Shown: one piece after another, positions 1-12,134 of the stretch | How positions within the stretch are numbered: the first letter of the stretch is position 1 | How the letters are laid out: each line of letters opens with the position of its first letter | Made by a program: the position numbers and the translations under genes | DNA from: Eledone cirrhosa | Lineage: Eukaryota | DNA length: 64,000 nt | Assembly: GCA_964016885.1 (NCBI GenBank) | Contig: OZ024745.1 | Coordinates: forward strand, 8,432,001 to 8,496,000 | Reading direction: 5' to 3' | The notes under the pieces: generated by a model | Database searches by the model: none | What the model saw: only the letters and a program-made list of their open reading frames with translations | What the model was told of the DNA's origin: nothing

Positions 1-73
1 CCACTCTACTACCCTAAGTATTGAGTACTTTGGTGCGTTATGGTCCACCTGGTTCCTTACCACATTTCCTTCG

Positions 74-147
<74 letters not shown>

Positions 148-151
<4 letters not shown>

Positions 152-450
152 GACGTAAAATAAGAAAATTATTAAAATTAACTTACTTACTAAACTTTCA
201 CTCCAACTAATTAGTTTCTGAAAGGGAATAAACATGGTTTCCAAATGGAAAACATAGAGAAGCCGTTTCGTCATCAGGAAGTCTGTTCTCAGCTAAGTTA
301 CCAGGCGATGCGTGAACACAGGGAACTTATACAAAAATAATTCAGTGGATGGAAAAAAGCAAGTATGGACTAAATTCCAAGATATTGAAACCTATATATT
401 TGCTAGCATAGGTATGCATCTGTATATATATGTTGGTAAATATACTAATT

Positions 451-452
<2 letters not shown>
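148..452. mobile_element. (TA)n-bounded interspersed module, probably a Penelope-like terminal (pLTR) derivative
   Basis: Homologous to pieces at ~53650-53820 (+), ~54017-54220 (inverted) and ~54246-54340 (+); flanked by (TA)n on both sides. Confidence 0.55.
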
Positions 453-529
<77 letters not shown>

Positions 530-853
530 TATTACACATATACATACATATATATATTAATATTACACATACACATACGCATACTCACACTCACACGCGA
601 GTGTGAGTGTGTGAGTGTGACAGTATGGAAGTGTTTTATGGATGTAAGATGGTGGATCCATTTAACACGGGAAACAAACATTAAGAGCTGTAAAGTTTTT
701 CTTGTCCCTTCTTCCACTCCAGGGGGAATCAGTTTGCTGATTCCATCACAAAGACGACCACAAGATTACATCAACAACATTTATATTAACATTAACAATA
801 ACACTAGCATAATATATATATATATATATATACATATATATACTGTATATATG

Positions 854-1272
<419 letters not shown>

Positions 1273-1398
1273 GTTTACTCCAGTCCTACAAACTGTAGAG
1301 TGCTTCTTATCCGATATCTGCATTGCTTTATTGTACTACAATAAAACTTACCTCCTACATTATATACGATTTCTTTCTTATATCAAAGTTTAATGGGC

Positions 1399-1523
1399 TT
1401 CCACTGATGATTTATAAGCTCCCACCTAAATATATTCTTATATGAATATATATTAGGCTTCTACATAAACTGGAAATATTCTCCCAACTTGTAGAAAACT
1501 TATAATGAAACAATTATTTGGAA
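1399..1523 (+). ncRNA. Type I hammerhead-like motif with long branched helix II
   Basis: TTCCA-CTGATGA-t-TTATAAG...CTTATAA-t-GAAA-CAATTA-TT-TGGAA; two internal hairpins inside helix II; helix III one change from palindromic ACAATTGT. Confidence 0.6.
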
Positions 1524-1705
1524 AGAGAGATGTATTTTAACTTTAATTATATCTCATAAAATAATACAACTGGTTTTTCCACGTTATACATATTGTTAGC
1601 ACCCCAAACACTTAAATTGGGTTTATATTTAAATATAACCTAATGTTTGTTGAGTGAGATGGATACCAGTCAGAGTTTAGTTTTAAACTATCTCTGTTAT
1701 TGTAT

Positions 1706-1746
<41 letters not shown>

Positions 1747-1748
1747 AC

Positions 1749-1902
<154 letters not shown>

Positions 1903-1982
1903 ATATATATATATATGTATATATATAAATACACACACATATATATGTGTGTGTGTGCATATATCTATATGCATACGTATAC

Positions 1983-2014
<32 letters not shown>

Positions 2015-2860
2015 AACAGCAATAACGCCAATAACGTCATCCATAACATAACCGACCTGAATAACATTAACATCAAGAACTACCACTAAACACCACCACC
2101 ATTACCATCACCACTACCACCACCACCACTACCACCACTACCACCACCACTACCACCACCACTACCACCACCACCACTACCACCACTACCACCACTACCA
2201 CCACCACTACCACCACCACTACCACCACCACCACTACCACTACCACTAAACACCACCACCACCACCACCACCACCACTACCACCACCACCACCACTACCA
2301 CCAACACTACCACCACCACCACCACTACCACCACCACCACTACCACCAACACTACCACCACCACCACCACTACCACTAAACACCACCACCACCACCACCA
2401 CTACCACCACCACTACCAACACCACCACCACTACCACCACCACTACCACTAAACACCACCACAATCACCACCACTACCACTACCACCACCACTAACACCA
2501 CCACTACCACCACCTCCACCACCAAACACCACCAGCACTACCACCAAACACCACCACCACCACCAACACCACCACCACCACTACCACCAAACACCACCAC
2601 CACTACCACCACCACCACCACCATATACATATATATATATATATATACATATATTTCGTTTCTGAATTTGTTTAGCAAGATTCTTTATCTGAAAACGTGT
2701 GTTGAAACCGATATTGTTATACTTTGGGAGGGTCATGTTGCCAATAAGAAACACACGCACCAGCAACTTTCACTTCAATTTATTATAATAAATTTATAAA
2801 TTTAGGAATTTATAAATTTCCGGTTGGTTGGTTCCACAACCAGATGGTTGTTTATATATT

Positions 2861-2901
2861 GTCAAAGTTCTTTCATCACATTCTGTGACCTCTTCAGTGA
2901 C
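2861..2901 (-). ncRNA. Minimal type I hammerhead ribozyme motif
   Basis: Minus strand: GTCA-CTGAAGA-g-GTCACA-gaa-TGTGAT-GAAA-GAAC-TT-TGAC; canonical core, 4-bp helix I, 6-bp helix II. Confidence 0.72.
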
Positions 2902-2962
2902 TGGGGTTCTTTTCTTTGTTTTTTGTGCCTCTCCTTTGTTCTCTCCTACGCCATCTTGTTTT

Positions 2963-3135
<173 letters not shown>

Positions 3136-3166
3136 CAATAATCAAAGTTCAGTTTAAATCATTTAT

Positions 3167-3215
3167 TTGCTTACAATTGTTTCCTCCAAACCGAGGTTTG
3201 GATTCTTCGGAGCAA
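3167..3215 (-). ncRNA. Minimal type I hammerhead-like motif (U4C core variant)
   Basis: Minus strand: TTGCT-CCGAAGA-a-TCCAAACC-tc-GGTTTGGA-g-GAAA-CAATTG-TA-AGCAA, then AATAAA; palindromic helix III. Confidence 0.7.
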
Positions 3216-3353
3216 CTATTTAGTGATCTATAACATACTTGACCTCCTTTTCAACACAAGAGACATATAAAACATATGCACATATTGATCCACAGTGGGA
3301 TGACATCCATCAAAATGATATAGCATGCCAATTTACATATAAAGGTTACAGGA

Positions 3354-3399
3354 TAAAAATAAAAATAAAAATAAAAATAAAAATAAAAATAAAAATAAA

Positions 3400-3430
<31 letters not shown>

Positions 3431-3505
3431 TAAAAATAAAAATAAAAATAAAAATAAAAATAAAAATAAAAATAAAAATAAAAATAAAAATAAAAATGAA
3501 AATAA
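3354..3505. repeat. (TAAAAA)n hexanucleotide repeat
   Basis: Directly visible. Confidence 0.97.
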
Positions 3506-4062
3506 AAATGAAGCGTTGGCAGTCTATGAAGATAAAGCAAGAGGAAAGTTTAGAGTAGTCAGTGTATGAAACAATCTCACGTGTAGCATGCACGCGTGTC
3601 TTATTTATACAGGATTAGAGTGCGTCAGAATGTTATTTGCAGGGTCAGGCAGTTGAAGCAGGCAATTGATATTATTATGTGGGCTGAATTATTAAGTCAT
3701 TTATTCGCATACACCTGTATGATATACAGTCCCGAATGTAGAGAAACACCAAAATATCAAAAATTTCAATCATATTATAAACCATATTGTATCGTAGGCA
3801 AAACAGTACCACTGTCTTCGCTCACACCACCACTCACATAATCCATGAGACGCAATATATAGAACACGGGTCTATCATATAATTCACGATGGTTCAGCAT
3901 ATAACCAAGTTATAAACCGTAGCTTGTCGATTCTTAATTAATAGATCATGTTGTTTAGTTTTGTGTGATGATATTATATTCCGGAAGTGTCTGTATGACC
4001 AAGGGGAATTAATGCGTAAGGGGGGGTAACTAGCTGGTTTTCTTAGTTAAATTTATTATCCT

Positions 4063-4121
<59 letters not shown>

Positions 4122-4275
4122 GTGAGGTTTTTTTTACAAAATGAAAAATAACCGAGGTGTCCTACTCGAGTGAAAGTACAAAGAAAAAGAGATGAAATCG
4201 AAAATGCAACTGGAGTCTTATTTTTTTTATTTTTTTTTATTTTTTTTTTTTTTAAATATATATATTTATTTGGTT

Positions 4276-4313
4276 CCTTTACCGGTTTCGCAGTTCTCCT
4301 GCTTTTCAAAAGG
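4276..4313 (-). ncRNA. Minimal hammerhead motif, U3-A8 variant (left arm)
   Basis: Minus strand: CCTT-TTGAAAA-GCAG-gagaa-CTGC-GAAA-CCGG-TA-AAGG. Confidence 0.72.
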
Positions 4314-4367
4314 TGAGTTGAGATGGAGGGTCTGTGGTTTAAACCACAGACCCTCCATCTCAACTCA

Positions 4368-4405
4368 CCTTTTGAAAAGCAGAAGAACTGCGAAACCGGT
4401 AAAGG
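4368..4405 (+). ncRNA. Minimal hammerhead motif, U3-A8 variant (right arm)
   Basis: CCTT-TTGAAAA-GCAG-aagaa-CTGC-GAAA-CCGG-TA-AAGG, followed by AATAAA. Confidence 0.72.
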
Positions 4406-5013
4406 AACCAAATAAATATATATATTTAAAAAAAAAAAATTAAAAAAAAATAAGACTCCAGTTGCATTTTCGATTTCATCTCTTTTTCTTTATGTATATA
4501 TATATATATAAATTAAAAGTTAAAATCTATATATATATATATATATATAGATTTTAACTTTTAATTTCTAATTTTCAACCTTAATTTCCACTGTGAAACC
4601 ATAATATCTAGAATTATGTTTAAGTTTATATTCTGTTGGCGGGAATGGTCAACCCTATTGTCCAAGCATAAATTAGGGGCAGTATTGAGGCCTATTGAAA
4701 CTCATACTCTACCACCACCACTAGGTTTCGGTCAACTGCCACTGGCAGGGAGAATAGCAGTAAACTTTAACCGTGTCACATTACCGGCCTGGATGGCGGT
4801 GATTGTTTGGTTGCAGGGTGGGACTTGCCTAGGATAGTTTCGTTGAGTTTGTGGTAGTGGATGGTTCCTTCACTTTTTGCGCCTGCGCAAACCGGTGGAG
4901 GTGAATTGTGGCTCACATGGGAACGGACGAGGAATACAAGAACACACGCCTTGTCCGTTCCCTTGTCGTTTCTGTTTCGATTGCCTCGGGAACGTAACCT
5001 TATTATATAAGAA

Positions 5014-5088
5014 GCTGTCTTATGATGTCACGACACTGGGTACACGGAATCGTGTGGCCACTGTCGTCATTGAAATATGTATCACAGC
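5014..5088 (+). ncRNA. Degenerate type I hammerhead motif with long helix II
   Basis: GCTGT-CTTATGA-..ACGACA..ACACG-gaat-CGTGT..TGTCGT..-GAAA-TATGTA-TC-ACAGC; G5 mutated; AATAAA at 5095, (TA)n at 5131. Confidence 0.6.
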
Positions 5089-5126
5089 ATTATCAATAAA
5101 GGACTTTGACATCTGAAACTACTTCG

Positions 5127-5164
<38 letters not shown>

Positions 5165-5165
5165 A

Positions 5166-5642
5166 CAGGGTGTCTCTAAAATAAACAGGAAATGCTGCTA
5201 TTTATAACTACACATTTTGCCCGACAGATTAAATATGAGCTTGTCGAAAGAAGAAAAGATTGAACTGGTATTTCTCAGTGGATATGAAGGATGGTCATAT
5301 CGATAGATGTTTTTAATTGATGGTATCCTAGGACGACTCCATTTGATCTTTCCACAGTGGGGAAGGTGGTTAGAAAGTTTAAAGAAACAGTGTCGTGGAT
5401 AAACCCTGTTTTGGACGAACGAAACTGTCATAGTTTTATGTTAGCCCCTAAAAACCCACTTCACAAGACTTGCTCAATTTGACGCGAATGTGGAGTCAAT
5501 GAATCCTATTCATGTAAATCTCGCAAAACGAGATTGGAAATAACATTGAAGATGTTATTTATTTATATTTCAATTAAACAAAATGTTGAGTTTTTTTATT
5601 GAAAATTAAAATCCTTTTTCCTGAGACTTTACGGACACTATA
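5166..5642 (+). mobile_element. Degenerate, internally deleted Tc1/mariner-like element
   Basis: Starts CAGGGTGTC, ends GGACACTATA (imperfect TIR); short frame MSLSKEEKIELVFLSG near 5235 resembles mariner-type HTH N-termini. Confidence 0.4.
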
Positions 5643-6382
5643 TCTCTGTTCTGCCATCCATCATGCTGAGCACATTGTCATCTTTGTCGAATTTGTATAG
5701 CATATATTTCGTTTATCATATATCTACTATTTCATGGCTTCCGCCAGTCGAAGGAATTTGGATTCTTTAATATGAAATCCTTTTTTCTTTTTTATTCAAA
5801 TTTTCTTTGATGTCATCCCCTGTTCACTCCCTTCGCCAATTATTTTGTTCGTTTGTAGTCATCCATAACTATCGCTCAACTGTTTGTTAAACCGTCTTCT
5901 ATGTTATAGTCAACAACTTGTAGGTTGTAACTAGTTATACTTAGTGGTAATACTTCGTTGCAGAAGAGGTCTATTGTCATTAGGTGTTGCAGATAAGGTA
6001 GATTGTCAGCTAAATAACCTGACAGGTAACAGATGCTAACTACTTTGGTGGTATATCTACCTCTCTACAAATAATGTGTGAGGTATACACCAAACATAAC
6101 AAACATCATTCAGTTATCGGCGCCAGGAACCCTTATCAACTTCTTACTCATATATAATGCAACCTTACGAGCGGGATATATGCTGCCCATTGTAGACTGT
6201 AACTGTTGACTTATAATATGAAGACTTACGGTTTCAGTGAGGACTGGCACCAGCTGTCAAATGTCAGGTTGACCTTTCTCTGAGAAAACGCAGGAGGATG
6301 TTTCGGGATTTTAAAGAAAACTGAGTCTTATGAACTGGGAAAGGCGTTATATCTATCTATCTATCTATCTATCTATCTAGTT

Positions 6383-6504
<122 letters not shown>

Positions 6505-6520
6505 TATATATAAAATAATA

Positions 6521-6918
6521 ATTGTTTCTACTTTAGGCACAAGGCCAGCAATTAACCAGTGCATTACTGGTACTTTATTTTATCGACCCCGTAAGAATGA
6601 AAGGCAAAGTCAACCTCGGCTGGATTTGAACTCAGATCGTAAAGGGACGTAACTATGCTGGAAAGCATGGCGTCCGACGCTCTACCGATACTGCCAATCC
6701 AACAATAAAATAATAATAATAATGATAATAATAATAATTGTTTCTACTTTTGGCACAAGGCCAGCAATTATCCCAGTGTATTACTGGTACTTTATTGTAT
6801 CGACCACGTAAGAATGAAAGGTAAAGTTAACCTCGGCGGGATTTGAACTCAGATCATAAAGGACGTAACTCTTGCTGTAAAGCATGGCGTCCGACCCTCT
6901 ACCGATACTGCCAATACA
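6521..6918 (-). mobile_element. Two tandem tRNA-derived SINE copies (6521-6701, 6737-6918) separated by (AAT)n
   Basis: Minus strand A-box TGGCAGTATCGG, B-box GAGTTCAAATCC, body GCCTTTCATTCTTACGGGGTCGATAAA, (ATT)n tail. Confidence 0.9.
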
Positions 6919-7179
6919 CCAATAATAATGCTTTCTTTATTAACCACAAGGGTTTACATAAAGTAGACATTAAGGACAGTACAGGACAATACAGGACGGT
7001 ACAAATGGGCATTTCTGCGTGTAAAAAACAAGAAACAGAGGATGTAATAATAGAACAATGAAAAAATTCCCCAATAGGGGGGAGACTTCCGAGGGACATT
7101 CGTGGAGAAAGCCCATTAAAAAGCGACAGTAACCCTGACCACCAGGGCAAGTGCCCTCTCCCAGTTTTCCACCTTTAAT

Positions 7180-9890
7180 TTACAGACACATACTCAGAGT
7201 AGGACCATTCACTCGGGCCATTCTTGCCTCTCTCACCCATCTTTCAACAAAATGCTGGGAAGAGAGCACTTCCCTTTCTACTCTGATTTTCCTTTTCAAA
7301 TGAAATTTGAAAAAGTTAATCAGGGCATCACCGAAGAGGTAAGTGCTCGTCTTCAGCCCTTTCAAACGTGTCCACCATACTATCTCTTTCGCCATGGCCA
7401 CCAGACAGATAAAAACTGCCTGCCCTTCCCGGCTAAAGGAAGAGGGCGGGGAAATCCTCACGATGGACTCAGCTGATAGCTGGATCCGTCCCACACGCGA
7501 CAGCAGGTGTTCGACATAAACCCACAAGTCAGCAATGCTCGGACACTGGACGAGTGCGTGCAGGACGGTTTCGTCGCCCTGCGCGCATCTTGGACATGCC
7601 CGGCCGACGGCACCTCCATGCCTGTAGAGTTTATCCCGAACTGGCAAAGCTCCTCGGTAGCACTGCCAGGCCAGGGATTTCTGGAAGTTGTCCATAGGCC
7701 CCGGCCCGAAAGTTCTTCTGAAGAGATTGGCTAGTTGATTTTCGTCGACGCCTAGAGTTTCCCCAAGTACGTCGTCGCTCTTCTCCTCCACTAATCCTCT
7801 ATAGAACGCCAAGGTGGAGTTTCCACCGATCACATTGCCCGATTGGTCGAGGGCTGTGAGCGCCTGAAGACATTCCAGTCTCCAAGCGCTCCCTCTCAGT
7901 CTTCGCTTGACTCAGGACTGCAGCTCCGTCAAGGAGACGAGCTGTGGAAAGACGCGTCTAGCAAACGGTGACCACACCTGGTCACCGTCGAGGAAGAGGT
8001 AAAGATGTCGTAGCCTGACCGCGTGTCTGCGCATCATCAGCCACGGCATTCCCTCCACGTAGCGGGTTTTGACAGCAGATGGACTGCCTGACCATCGGAG
8101 CGCATCCCTTCGACAAAAAGCGAAAGAGCAAACGCTCCAGCGCGGTCGGGCGGGGCTTAGGACAAGGTACGACGGTCAGGCGGTAGTGTATGACGGACGC
8201 GATATACGCGTTAGCCACCTCCGCTCGACCTTTCAGGGATAGCTTCCTCTCGGCCCATTTCTGGGTGAGAGAAGCCACCCTGCTCGTCACCTCGTCCCAG
8301 TTTTTGTCTGTCTGGAGATCCGGACCGAACCAGACCCCGAGCAATTTAACCGGTCCGTCCGTCCAGCGCCCGACGACGCTATTGGACGGCATGGACCTGC
8401 CTCTCCAGGTGCCGAGCTGCAGGCCCACTGTCTTTTCCTGGTTGATCATTGCTCCTGTTACCGCTTCGTATTCTCTTAGTGTAGTGCCGATCGCCTCGAT
8501 GTGTTTGGCGTTCGACACCACTACGGTGACATCGTCCGCATATGCTGACATCGTCCGCATATGCTGACACAGATCTTCTGTATCCTAGTTCGCGCGGGAC
8601 GCCCCTCAAGGTCTCCAGTTTGTGCAGTAATGGCTCGAGAGTCAATACGTACAAGAGGGACGATAGGGGACATCCTTGGCGGACCGAGCGCATGATGTTG
8701 AACGGTTCCGAAAGGTAACCGTTCACTCTCACCACAGAGCAGATGTCGCTGTGCATGACAACGATCCAGCCTCTGAAGACGGGCCCAAAGCCAGCCGCCC
8801 TCAGGACTGCCGCTAGGTAACGATGGTCGACCCTATCGAATGCTTTCGACTAATCTAAATTGATCAAGGACCCACCCGTGCCAGGTTCCCTAGTTACCCT
8901 CTCTACGATGTATCGCATGAGATGGAGGTTGTCGTGGATGGATCTGTCGGGAATGGCGCGTGTCTTCTCCCTCTGCTCTATTTTTCTCTATTGCTAAAGC
9001 CTTACTAAACCTAATGGACTCTATTCTAATTGCTCTTTTCAGAGTAAACCACCACTTGTTGTTGACGATGGCCCCCGTCAACGCCCGCTTAACTAGTTCG
9101 CTAATCCGGTCTCTGTAGGCCTTGCGCGCTGGTAAGGACGCGTTTAGCTTCCAGTAGCCGGGTCCTCGTCTATGAAGCCTATCTAAGTCAAGTACACAGA
9201 TCACGAATTTGTGGTCCGTGTAGCTGACTATCTTGAATTGTGGACAGCCTATGCTAGACCTATCTATTTCTCTACAAAATACTCTATCTAGATATGATTT
9301 GGATGACCCTATGCGATTTGTCCAAGTCCACATTGGCACACTCGGGAAATCCAATCGGTACCTGTCAGACAGTTCAAAACGCCTGAGCAGGTTGGTGAGG
9401 CTCTTGCACCCTCCTCCCCTATCCGCTAATCCCACAAGTCCCAGCGTGCATCTAAGATCACGTTCCAGTCGCCCACTAACACTAAAGAGCGGCACGTTCC
9501 AAGAAAGGTCTCCAGACACCGGAAGAAATCAGGCCGCCCTGCTCCTGTCGGTGCATAGACGGCCACTAGCCTGAAAGCTTGCTCGTCTCCGCTGGTCACG
9601 TCTAGCACCACCAACTTACCTTCTGTGTCCAGGAAGATGGCCCGTAAGGCGAGATCCAAACCTCTCCGAAAAAGCACAGCAACTCCTCCCCCCGATCCCG
9701 GACGGCAGGGAGATGCGTACACATCGTAGCCGCCGAAGTTCGGTGCGAAAGCCCGTGCTTCGGAGATTCTGGTCTCGCTGATGGCCACTACATCTATGTT
9801 TAGTGACCTGAGGTCGTTGAGCAGGTGGCCCTTCTTCCATGACGACCCCAAGCCACGCGCATTTATGCTGCCTATTCTGAGTGAGGTCAT
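7180..9890 (-). pseudogene. Copy A ORF2 (APE endonuclease, RT, C-terminal zinc finger), frameshifted, ~720-bp internal deletion
   Basis: SINARGL, AISET, GDWN, YLDR, TDH (APE); RQGCPLS, YADD (RT); CPRC..ETVLHALVQC. Confidence 0.92.
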
Positions 9891-9924
9891 GTTGAAATGG
9901 AGTGGAAAAGATGGGAAAGACCAC

Positions 9925-11880
9925 TTACCTTACTTCTCGTAGAGGAAGGATGGTTTGTCCATCCTTTTCACTTCATGTGGCCTCCTCCGGAAGGATGTCC
10001 TTATAAATCCTCCTGGAGAGTGTTTGTCGGAAGTCTCCGATGTCTTTGGGGAATTTTTGTTTTAGTGTCGTGTACGTTTTCTGTGTGATGCGAGTGATTC
10101 GTATGTGTGGAGGTGGTGTGAACTTTTGGGTTGTTGTGTAGTCTTTTTCTGTGATGCTGGTGTTGTGTTGCATGTAGTGTAATAATTGGTTGTTGTTCAA
10201 ATTTAATGCTGTGTAGTGTGTATCGTTTTGGTTGTTTTGTTTTGTTTGCGTTTGTTGTGGGTTTGTTTCTGTTACGCTTTTTGGTGACTTTTGTGGTGTT
10301 AGTGATGGTGGTGTTGGGGTTAATGATGGTGATGGAGTTGGTGTTTGTGGTGATGGGGTTGGTGATGCTGGTGTCGATGGTGGCATATCTGTCCTAACTT
10401 CTTTGTTTGATAATTTATTTGTTTCCCTCTGTATTTTGTTTTTGGAGGGGGAAGGAAGAGAATTTTTTATTTTTTGTTGTTTTTTTTTATTTTTTCCTGA
10501 TACCGTTTCCCACTCCTCGTCGTCACAATCTGTCTCCAGTTGCGATAAGCCGGGGAGTGGAAAATCCTCCACAGGCGTTGGTTTTGGTTGTGGCGTGGTG
10601 GATGGTGTAGGCGCTGGTGCCAGTTCTGGCGCGTTGGGTGGCGGTGGTGTTGGTTTTGCTACTGTTGCTGGGTTTGTTGCTGTTACAGTTGCTTCTGTTG
10701 TTGCTGCTACAGTTGTTGCTGCCATTTCTGCTGCTGGTGGTGTTGATGGTTGAGTCACTGGGGTGGGTAAGAGAGGTGGCCTGAACCTTTTAGCCAGAGG
10801 GCTGAAAGCCCTTAGGTGGGTTCCTTCACCACAAACGACACACCTAGGCCTTCTGCCCTCGACGATTACGGTGAGGTGGCTGCTGTCAGTGAGGTCTATT
10901 ACCTCTGGGATCTCCTCAATGCTTTTATGGTCCGCTTGGATCAGGAGCTCCATCCCAGATCTGGACCAGTTCTCCTGCTTTTCTTTCGCTATTTCGATTA
11001 TATTGGTGTTGGCCTCGATGCCGGCGAGGACGGCAGCCATTAGCCAGGAAATTTCGATGGCCGGTGGAACGTGGGTCACCCTGATCATCACAAGTCTCTG
11101 GCCACAATAGCTTGGGACGAGTGTGTGTCGTCACTTCTTAATGGGGCCATGGAGTGTTCTCTGGCCTCCTGTGGTGTTTCAAAGAACACGTCCACGGTTC
11201 CATATTTCTGCCCACGTCTAATGTGTTTTTTTTTTTGCCCACACATGTCCCAAAGCTTTTTGTATTTGGGACTCGGATGCCCGTTCCACTCGGCGCGATT
11301 TTATGGTAATTGTCCGATAAGACACGGTGTATAGGCGACGATGCTCCATTTTATTAGGTGTGGGGGGCTGACCCAGTACCCTTCTTTCTTTACCATTCTT
11401 TTGGCTTCTTCTAATTCCTCCTGAGTTACCTGGATCGCTTCGCACGTTTTTGCTACTCTCGCAAAAATCAGGGTAATTTTCTTAATTTCATTGTTGCTGT
11501 TATTGTTATCGTTATTTTTGTTATTGTTAATTTTAGTTTCAGTTGTGGTAGTGGTGGTGGCGTCAGTGGTGTTCGGTGTGGAAGAGTTCATTTTGGTTGA
11601 ATTCATTTCGATATCACGCGTTAATTAATTTTTTTCTTTTGTTTCTGTTGTCGCTGTGGTGGTGATGGTGGGGGTTGTCGCTGTGGTGGTGGTGGGGGGG
11701 GGGGGGGGCTTTAACACCTGCAGTCATTGGTAATGGCGGGAAATGAATGTCTGGCTGAGACAAATTTAAAATATTGCTACTGTTTATATTTTTAGTGTTG
11801 GCAAATGTAGTAATATTTACAATGGTGGTGTTGGTGTGAGGTATTAGTTTGTGAGGAAGGAGTGACTTTGAGTACTCCAT
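9925..11880 (-). pseudogene. Copy A ORF1 (zinc-knuckle gag-like), frameshifted
   Basis: Decayed CX2CX4HX4C (CVVCGEGTHLRAFS), Pro/Thr-rich tail; near-identical to 22009-23973. Confidence 0.85.
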
Positions 11881-12134
11881 GATTTTTCAAAGAAATTTGT
11901 TTTGTTTGATAATTATAAAAAGTTAAAATTTTGGGCTCAAGGCCCCAATATTTTTGAGTGTTCTTTTCAGAAATCAATGTATGTGCACTTATATACAGTT
12001 AACAATAAAAAATTTCCATAAATGGCAATTTTAAACAACTGAAAATAACAAACCTTTGCGGAGTTCACGATGATACGATTTACTACGTAGGTCGCCAATA
12101 ATAATAATAATAATAATAATTATAATAATAATAA

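Larger units (their letters stand above)
4115..4491. mobile_element. Fold-back Penelope-like 3'-end module between (TA)n tracts
   Basis: Loopless palindrome centred at 4340/4341 (GGTTT|AAACC), arms 4180-4340 and 4341-4491; unfolded copy at 24905-25100; carries hammerhead motifs. Confidence 0.75.
6921..12096 (-). mobile_element. Tx1/L1-clade LINE copy A, both termini present, degenerate
   Basis: 5' end GGCGACCTACGTAG matches 21801; 3' end CTTGTGGTTAATAAAGAAA-(ATT)n matches 41225-41270; ORF1 and ORF2 remnants; (AAT)n on both sides. Confidence 0.93.
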
